Positions 7,812 through 13,990 of a stretch of 13,990 bases of DNA are shown in pieces. Location of the stretch: the NCBI GenBank assembly GCA_030587475.2, contig JAUQYZ020000073.1, positions 1 through 13,990 on the forward strand. The letters are read 5' to 3'. The DNA comes from Candidatus Sigynarchaeum calidifontis. Lineage in GTDB: Archaea; Asgardarchaeota; Lokiarchaeia; Sigyniarchaeales; Sigyniarchaeaceae. Under the pieces are notes generated by a model. The model saw only the letters and a program-made list of their open reading frames with translations, did no database searches and had not been told where the DNA came from. Position 1 is the first letter of the stretch; the number at the start of each line of letters is the position of its first letter. Position numbers and translations under genes: made by a program.

Positions 7812-8201
7812 TCAATCACGCTTTGCGCGTGGGTTGAGTTCTTGCTTTCGGATTTGCGCGATGCGCTGTTCGATGGCATCGTCGAGCGTGCCGATTTCGA
7901 AACCCTTGCCGAGTATCTGGGCGAGCCGGGCATGCAAGTTGGCCGAATTCCCGGGCAGCATGGTGCTACCCCGCCCTTCAGTGGACAATCGCGTGATCCG
8001 GAGCGTCGTCGTGGGGATGTCCCTGCCTCCCTCCCCGGAAACCCCGCTCATGCTATCAACGACAGCGGGAGTAGGGGAAGCACGGCGGATCTCCACGCTC
8101 GTGAACGAGGCGCCGCTCGCGCGGGCTAGTGGCTTGACATCGTGTAGCATCGAGCACTCGGGACACGTGCTTTCATCGGGCTGTCCGTGTGGACATATCA
8201 T
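7812..8201 (-). CDS. Hypothetical protein with an N-terminal Cys/His putative zinc knuckle (129 aa)
   Basis: MICPHG-x6-CPEC, then an S/T/G-rich linker and a short C-terminal helix. Minus-strand promoter-like CGAAAAGGTTAATTA at about 8263-8249. Confidence 0.65.
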   Translation of the reverse strand: MICPHGQPDESTCPECSMLHDVKPLARASGASFTSVEIRRASPTPAVVDSMSGVSGEGGRDIPTTTLRITRLSTEGRGSTMLPGNSANLHARLAQILGKGFEIGTLDDAIEQRIAQIRKQELNPRAKRD

Positions 8202-8329
8202 GAGGTAAACACACCACCAATATCCTTGTCTGATGTGGGCTTGCGTCGTAATTAACCTTTTCGCGTTACCGAGATTCGCGGCAAAATGATCATGCCGGCG
8301 GTGAATCGAAAGGAACTCTTTATATTTGC

Positions 8330-8677
8330 ATGTGGGTGATTATAATTGCCTATACTCTAAAAGGTGAGAAACGGGTGCGCGCGCTGTATATCGTCGGGGC
8401 AATCGTCGCATTCGCGTTGGGATCGTTATTCATCATAGAGAACACGCATAACATCCGAAAAGGAGTCTTAAACCCATCAATATTTGCCGGCATATTTGAA
8501 TGGTCAATATACGCGTTTCATCGGATATATAAATCGGAGATCTTTACATCGGCGATAGCTGACACTATCCTGAGCGGTGTATCGAAAAAGCTTAGCAGGA
8601 TCTTCTTCTTGATCGCGGCGGGAGTTTCCATGGTCCTGGGCATCTATGGTTTCGCTTCTGGGAATCCCATCGGGTAG
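8330..8677 (+). CDS. Small integral membrane protein (~3 TM segments)
   Basis: Hydrophobic stretches ALYIVGAIVAFALGSLFII, SIFAGIFEWSIYAF and IFFLIAAGVSMVLGIYGFA. True start may be GTG 8375. Confidence 0.6.
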   Translation: MWVIIIAYTLKGEKRVRALYIVGAIVAFALGSLFIIENTHNIRKGVLNPSIFAGIFEWSIYAFHRIYKSEIFTSAIADTILSGVSKKLSRIFFLIAAGVSMVLGIYGFASGNPIG

Positions 8678-8860
8678 AAATACGCGTATTTTGCCAGGCG
8701 CGCGTCGGGTCATTTGCAAGGATACCACTCGAAGCAATTTTCATCGCCACGAGTGGCATCTTTTACGTGGTAATCACGGTGAAAAATATATTTGAAAATT
8801 GAACGAAAATACAATCATGTGTATTTTTTTTTCTTAACCTTTCACGTTTATATCCAACTT

Positions 8861-8952
8861 ATCGATGGTAGATGTGTTCTCTGGGTTTCCAGGGATCGAA
8901 TACTTCATGTCGAAAGCATGAAGGCTGCATCGATGCTGTAAGCATCGATTTT
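8861..8952 (+). ncRNA. Candidate structured cis-regulatory RNA (three-way junction with competing hairpin and U-tract)
   Basis: Manual pairing: P1 8861-8871/8925-8934, P2 8874-8884/8889-8903, P3 8904-8922 with a GAAA tetraloop. An alternative 9-bp hairpin 8929-8937/8941-8949 is followed by a T-run. Confidence 0.4.
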
Positions 8953-8996
8953 AATAACTGAGCACGACTCCTTGACCCGGACAACACGTGGTTGAA

Positions 8997-10196
8997 ATGC
9001 TGTTCGCTGATCGCATGAAACTCCTGGGAACCGAGACCGCCTTTTCTGTGCTCGAACGCATTCAAGGTTTTCCCGCTGAACGCCAGAGGCGCATTATCTC
9101 ATTCGCCCTCGGGGAACCAGACTTCAACACCCCGGATCACATCAAGCGGGCTGCGATACAGTCGATCAACAACAACCGCACGCACTACACGCCGTCCGGC
9201 GGCATTATGCCGCTGCGCGAGGCCATTGCCGAGTTCGTGAGCCAGACAAAGCACATCAAGGTCGGTCCCGAGCACATCTGCGTGCTCCCGGCTGCGAAGT
9301 TCGTCATCGCTCTCGCGGTGCTTACATGCACGAACCCGGGTGACGAGGTCATCTACCCGAACCCGGGCTATCCGATCTACGAGTCCATGGTGAAGACCTT
9401 CGGCTGCAAGCCGGTACCGGCGCCACTCGTCGAGCGAAATAACTTCAATTACGACATCGACCACTTGCGCCACTTGATCACGCCAAAGACAAAGATGATC
9501 ATGCTCAACACGCCGAACAACCCGACCGGGAGCGTGCTCACCGACGACAACCTCATCGCGATCGCCGAGATGGCGCTGGAAAATGACCTGTGGATCTTCA
9601 CGGACGAGGTCTACGGGAGCATCGTCTTCGACGGCATCAAGTACCGGTCGATCGCCGAGATCCCGGGCATGCAAGAACGCACGATCATCCTCGACGGCTT
9701 CTCGAAATTCTTTGCCATGACTGGCTGGCGCCTGGGCTATTCCATCGCCAACCCGCAAGTCACGCAAGCGTTCTCGCGATGGGCCACGAACACGGTATCT
9801 TGCACGGCGACGTTCATCCAGGACGCTGGTATCGCCGCCATGAAGGAACCCAAGGGCGAGTCGGAAGCGATGGTTCGCGAGTTCCAGGCGCGGCGCGATC
9901 TCGTCTACAAGTTGTTGAATGACATCGAAGGCATCTCGGCGGTGAAGCCACGCGGCGCGTTCTACATTTTTGCCAACGTCACGAAAGCGTGTGAAAGGCT
10001 CGGCTTGAAAGACTCGCTCGCGTTCCAGGACTACATCCTCGACGCGTGCGACGTGGCGCTCTTGTCACGCACGTATTTCGGGTCACGTCCTGCTGATGAA
10101 AAAGACGAGTACGTGCGTCTCTCGTATTGCATTTCACGAGAACAGATCACGGAAGGGCTCGCCCGCGTCAAGCAAGCCGTCGAACACCCGAAATGA
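8997..10196 (+). CDS. PLP-dependent aminotransferase class I/II (aspartate aminotransferase-like)
   Basis: GEPDF, HYTPSGG, PGYPIY, NTPNNPTG, DEVY, GFSKFFAMTGWRLG (PLP lysine), GAFY and VRLSY motifs. Start is ATG 8997 or GTG 8988. Confidence 0.95.
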   Translation: MLFADRMKLLGTETAFSVLERIQGFPAERQRRIISFALGEPDFNTPDHIKRAAIQSINNNRTHYTPSGGIMPLREAIAEFVSQTKHIKVGPEHICVLPAAKFVIALAVLTCTNPGDEVIYPNPGYPIYESMVKTFGCKPVPAPLVERNNFNYDIDHLRHLITPKTKMIMLNTPNNPTGSVLTDDNLIAIAEMALENDLWIFTDEVYGSIVFDGIKYRSIAEIPGMQERTIILDGFSKFFAMTGWRLGYSIANPQVTQAFSRWATNTVSCTATFIQDAGIAAMKEPKGESEAMVREFQARRDLVYKLLNDIEGISAVKPRGAFYIFANVTKACERLGLKDSLAFQDYILDACDVALLSRTYFGSRPADEKDEYVRLSYCISREQITEGLARVKQAVEHPK

Positions 10197-10278
10197 ATAG
10201 CAAGCATCCACTGACAATTAATATATACCATTATAACCAAATCCCGACAACATCATCCACATTACCGGTCGAAGCAAC

Positions 10279-12312
10279 ATGGCTCTGGAGAAAAATATCA
10301 AGTCCATCGTGCATTTCATGGCGTACCCGGGGCCACGCCTGGGCCGCAGCACGCAGCTGGGCGAGGCACCCGAGACGTACATGCTAGAAACCTTGCAGAA
10401 AATCATCAAGGACGGTTACTTCACGGGCGTCGAGATCACGCTCATCAAGGATCCAGCGATACGCAAGAAAGTAGCCGATTTACTACGGATCAACAAGATG
10501 TACGTCACGTTTTGCGCGCAAATTATCCAACTCATCAACGAAGACCATCTCATCGCGCCGACGGATATCAGCAGCAACGACGAGATCGAGCGGAAAAACG
10601 CGGTCCAACGCATCAAGGATTACATCGACGAGGCTGGCGAGGTCGGTGCCAAGCATTTCCAGCTCTGGAGCGGCCAGGATCCGGGAACGGCGGCGGGTCT
10701 CGGCGCCCGGCGGCAAGCCATCCGGCAGCTCACGCGGTCGCTCGTTGAGATATGCGCTTACGCGAAAAAAAATTACAGCAACATGAAGATCTCGCTGTGC
10801 ATGTTCGACCGGCTCGAGGGCAAGGCACCGCAGCACAAGAACCAGCTCATCGGCCCGACGACCGACGCCGTGCACGTGGCCGACATCGTCAAGCGGGAGA
10901 ATGGCTACGAGAACTTCGGGTTGCTCTACGACTTGTCCCACATGTTCTTCCTCAAGGACGGCTTCGAGCACGAGACCCCGAACGTGCTGCGCGAGCTCGC
11001 GCCATACCTCAATTTCGTCCACATCGCCAATTGCGTGACCGATCCGCAACACGAGGATTATGGCGATCTCCACGTGAGCATGGATCACCCGCAAGGAGCG
11101 GTAACTCCCCAGGTGTTGACCGAATTCGTCAAGGTTCTTAACGAGATCGGGTATGAAGGGCCCATTGGCTTCGAGCTGCTCCCGCGCGGCCGCCAGCTAT
11201 CCGAGTCCGTGATCAACGTCGCCAAGGCCATGTTCAAGGAGGCATGCCAGCAGATGGCCGTGAACTACGCCCTCGGCGACTTCCGGTTCAAGACCAGGAA
11301 ATTCTTCCCCGAGAAGCTGTTCTTCGACTTGACCCAATTCCGTGTCGACCATCCCGAAATCGTCGGGCAGGTGGCCAAGGCACGGGTACGCAGAAAGGCG
11401 CTCACGACCGATGGCAAGCTCGTCATCCTGGCCGCCGACCACCCCGCGCGGCTCGTGACGCGCGTGGGCGAGGACCCGTATCGCATGGGCGACCGGCAGC
11501 AGTACATCGGCCGCATCGTCCGCGCGCTGCTCGCCCCGAACGTGGACGGCGTGATGACCACGCCCGACATCATGGACGACCTCTTCATCCTCGAGCACAT
11601 GCTCAAGCAAGCCGGCGCGGGCAGCTTGCTCGATAACAAGGTACTCATCGGCTGCACGAACCGCGGCGGGCTTAGCGGGTCGACGCATGAGATGGACGAC
11701 CGCCTCACGGCATACAAAATCAAGGACATCAAGGATCTCGGCCTCGACGGTGCCAAGATGATGTTCCGCGTCGATCTCAAGACGCCCCAGGCGCGTTATT
11801 CCCAGGCGACGATCGAGCTTTGTGCCAACCTGGTGCGGGAATGTAACCAGCTCGACGTGCCCGCGTTCATCGAGCCCTTGATGGTCGAGCAAACACCTCA
11901 AGGATACAAGGTCGTCATGGACACGAACGAGATGCTCCGTGTTATTTCCGTAGCTTCGGCGCTTGGGGGCACCTCCCGGAATACATGGTTGAAGATCCCG
12001 TATGTCAATAATTACGAACTAATCGCCCGTGCCACGAGCAACCCGATCCTCATCCTTGGTGGCGACTCGACGGGCAATCCGACCGATATCATCGAGGCGA
12101 TGGAGAAAGGGATGGGGGCAGGCGAGAACGTGCGAGGGGCGATGGTGGGCCGAAACATGCTGTATCCGGGAAATGATGACCCGTACGCGACGGCCGCCGC
12201 GGTGGGCTCGATCGTCCACGGTGGCCTCTCGGCCGAAGAGGCGATCGTCGGCCTCGCATCGCTGCGCGGCAAGAACATGGATTTCTTTGCCGGCTTGCTC
12301 GGGACCAAGTGA
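10279..12312 (+). CDS. Fusion of a sugar-phosphate isomerase/epimerase (xylose-isomerase-like TIM barrel) and a Cgl0159-like class I aldolase (677 aa)
   Basis: N-half: IVHFMAYP, LIGP, FGLLYDLSH, HIANCV, YGDLH, IGFE. C-half: LVILAADHPAR, VDGVMTTPDIMDDL, NRGGL.G...EMDDR, DGAKMMFRVD, IEP, TWLKIP (putative Schiff-base Lys572), LILGG, VGRNMLYP. Confidence 0.85.
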   Translation: MALEKNIKSIVHFMAYPGPRLGRSTQLGEAPETYMLETLQKIIKDGYFTGVEITLIKDPAIRKKVADLLRINKMYVTFCAQIIQLINEDHLIAPTDISSNDEIERKNAVQRIKDYIDEAGEVGAKHFQLWSGQDPGTAAGLGARRQAIRQLTRSLVEICAYAKKNYSNMKISLCMFDRLEGKAPQHKNQLIGPTTDAVHVADIVKRENGYENFGLLYDLSHMFFLKDGFEHETPNVLRELAPYLNFVHIANCVTDPQHEDYGDLHVSMDHPQGAVTPQVLTEFVKVLNEIGYEGPIGFELLPRGRQLSESVINVAKAMFKEACQQMAVNYALGDFRFKTRKFFPEKLFFDLTQFRVDHPEIVGQVAKARVRRKALTTDGKLVILAADHPARLVTRVGEDPYRMGDRQQYIGRIVRALLAPNVDGVMTTPDIMDDLFILEHMLKQAGAGSLLDNKVLIGCTNRGGLSGSTHEMDDRLTAYKIKDIKDLGLDGAKMMFRVDLKTPQARYSQATIELCANLVRECNQLDVPAFIEPLMVEQTPQGYKVVMDTNEMLRVISVASALGGTSRNTWLKIPYVNNYELIARATSNPILILGGDSTGNPTDIIEAMEKGMGAGENVRGAMVGRNMLYPGNDDPYATAAAVGSIVHGGLSAEEAIVGLASLRGKNMDFFAGLLGTK

Positions 12313-12509
12313 TCAGACTTGGTCATGTTCCAATTTAATCCCTTGTCTTTTGATAATGTTTCCTTTTCCCCCGTTATTCATCCTTTCGGCGCCGGCGAAT
12401 AACAATCTCATGCCTTCAAGTAGTTCCCGCCATTGTGCATCGTGTAACGTTATGTTTATACAAGAACGATGGTTTCATCACATCGACAGTTACTTTCTGG
12501 TGAAAGGCT

Positions 12510-12896
12510 ATGGTCGCGAAAGACGAAAGGAAACGTGAACAACTAGCCGGCGCGGAAGAAAATATCTTCCAAAAGATGCTGGACCAAGTCACGGATTACG
12601 CCATGAAGATATTGAATCTCAAGCCAAAGGATTCCCCCGCTGCTGCGAAGCCTGGCGATTCGGCGACTGCAGACTCGAAGAGTACCGAAACCGCATCAAG
12701 TGGCGATATCTTGGCCAAGGCCAAGGAGTTGTCCAAGAACGCCGTGAAGGGCATCGTTAACACGGGCGATTCAATTTTAAAGTCGCTCAAGCTCGACGAG
12801 AACGAGCAAGTAAAGAAGATGACCGAGGATGCAAAGAAGTTCTTGAAGCAGATGGGGCTCTTGGACGAGGAGTTCGAGAACGAGGAGTATTATTGA
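12510..12896 (+). CDS. Hypothetical helical protein with an acidic C-terminus (128 aa)
   Basis: GGTGA SD at 12499-12503, host-like codon usage, ends in DEEFENEEYY, followed by T-rich tracts. Confidence 0.75.
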   Translation: MVAKDERKREQLAGAEENIFQKMLDQVTDYAMKILNLKPKDSPAAAKPGDSATADSKSTETASSGDILAKAKELSKNAVKGIVNTGDSILKSLKLDENEQVKKMTEDAKKFLKQMGLLDEEFENEEYY

Positions 12897-12946
12897 GTTT
12901 TCTTGAACCAATTCTCTCTTTTTCTATAATTATTCACGATTGTTTC

Positions 12947-13354
12947 CTACTTGACGAGTTTTCTTATGGCAGCTGGCGACTTGTCCAGCGCCTTTGCGAC
13001 CTCGTCAATTGCCGCTTCTTCCCCGGTTCCAGCGGCGATCTTTTCCTTGTATAACGAGTGGACGAGGAACGCTTCGATGTCCTTGATCGGCTGGTTGAAT
13101 AGCTCGGACATGACCAGCAAGATCGTCGAGATTTCCATGCCTGCAACGATGTAATCCTTGTATAATGGCAACCACGTGCCCTGGGAGTTTTCATACTCTG
13201 CGGGGTGTTCGCTCGAGATGTGGCTCCAATACGGGCGCGTTTCGATGACCTTGGAGCAATACGGGCACGTCCGCTTCTGCTCGAGAAAGGCCTCTTCCAT
13301 TTCGCCCTTGCCCTTCGGTTCCGGGGTCGTGGTGGCGCTGTTCGGATCTGGCAT
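12947..13354 (-). CDS. C2H2-like zinc finger protein with a possible C-terminal HTH-like helix pair (135 aa)
   Basis: CPYC-x11-H-x4-H (CPYCSKVIETRPYWSHISSEH). C-terminal EAAIDEVAKALDKSPAAIRKLVK. Confidence 0.75.
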   Translation of the reverse strand: MPDPNSATTTPEPKGKGEMEEAFLEQKRTCPYCSKVIETRPYWSHISSEHPAEYENSQGTWLPLYKDYIVAGMEISTILLVMSELFNQPIKDIEAFLVHSLYKEKIAAGTGEEAAIDEVAKALDKSPAAIRKLVK

Positions 13355-13878
13355 GTCGATCTTGCTTCCGATAACGAGATAGAAGGATCTCTATCTAATC
13401 GTATAAATGCCTTGCCGTGCGTTATCTGGTTCCGATCCTTGCCCCCCGGCTCGCCTCGCCTCGTTAGATAACCTAATCAAGGCCGTGCAAGATTGCTATC
13501 ATGTAGATGCACGACCAATTCCTAACGCTCTGGCGGCTGGTCTGGGCGCCGGGGGAGATCCGGCCCGATTTCTTGGCGCCGGGCAACATCACCCGCGCGA
13601 AACACGCGAGCATCGCGGAAATAGCCGGCTTGTCCAACGAGATCGATTGGATCCAGCCCAAGGACGTGTTCGGCTGGATTTTCACAATGCGGAGACGCCG
13701 TTCGATTGGCTATTGATAGAAAGGGATAGTCGCATCATAATAACTCTCGTGTTTGAATCTTTTAACTCGCATGGCGATCTTGATGCCATCAACGCCGCGT
13801 ACAATCGTCCAGCATGCTCGCGGGGCAACATTCTTAAGACCCGCATTTTTTAAAGGTTATATGATTTCTGGGAGATAG

Positions 13879-13990
13879 ATGACCATGGTCGACATCAAGC
13901 AATTATTTCAAACGTGTTTCGAACAGAAGCGCAACACGCTCACCGAATTCGAGTCCAAGCTCGTTCTTCAAGAGATCGGCATCCCGGTCA
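13879..13990 (+). CDS. Partial CDS (5' end): ADP-forming acetate-CoA ligase beta subunit / ATP-grasp protein
   Basis: Not in the ORF track. MTMVDIKQLFQTCFEQKRNTLTEFESKLVLQEIGIPV matches the R..LTE.E(S/A)K..L...GIPV N-terminal signature. AAAGGTTATAT promoter-like site at 13852-13862. Start is 13879 or 13885. Confidence 0.8.
   Translation, partial: MTMVDIKQLFQTCFEQKRNTLTEFESKLVLQEIGIPV

Noticed and set aside
7243-8208. 321-aa plus-strand ORF (and 6799-7239)
   Set aside because: Antisense shadow of the minus-strand genes. Its S/F/A-rich composition is the mirror of K/E codons.
8857-8952. SAM-I, fluoride or SECIS identity for the leader RNA
   Set aside because: CTTATC resembles the SAM-I start, but the AGAG/GAGGGA/GCAACC core is absent. 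The fluoride consensus is not met, and no in-frame UGA selenoprotein is nearby.
9099-11901. Long antisense and off-frame ORFs over the aminotransferase and fusion genes
   Set aside because: Expected by-products of high GC3 codon usage, with no recognisable motifs.

Overview
Archaeal-looking chromosomal window, with GC-rich coding regions, AT-rich intergenic spacers, BRE/TATA-like promoters and GGTGA Shine-Dalgarno sites. Gene content suggests an Asgard (Loki/Sigyn-like) archaeon; this is inference only. In order it holds: a putative AbrB+ACT regulator paired with a double winged-HTH regulator; a stop-interrupted 3' remnant of an alternative PEPCK-like gene back-to-back with an intact GTP-dependent PEPCK; two divergent amino-DNA methyltransferases (beta and alpha motif order) with no nuclease; a K/E-rich protein with four ~40-aa tandem repeats; a small Cys/His protein; a small membrane protein; a class I/II aminotransferase preceded by a riboswitch/attenuator-like structured leader; a sugar isomerase/epimerase TIM barrel fused to a Cgl0159-like class I aldolase; two small hypotheticals (one with a C2H2-like finger); and the start of an ADP-forming acetate-CoA ligase beta subunit. 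Best leads are the candidate cis-regulatory RNA at 8861-8952, the isomerase-aldolase fusion, and the PEPCK remnant next to pckG. All family assignments come from motif recognition and recall; no searches or folding programs were run.
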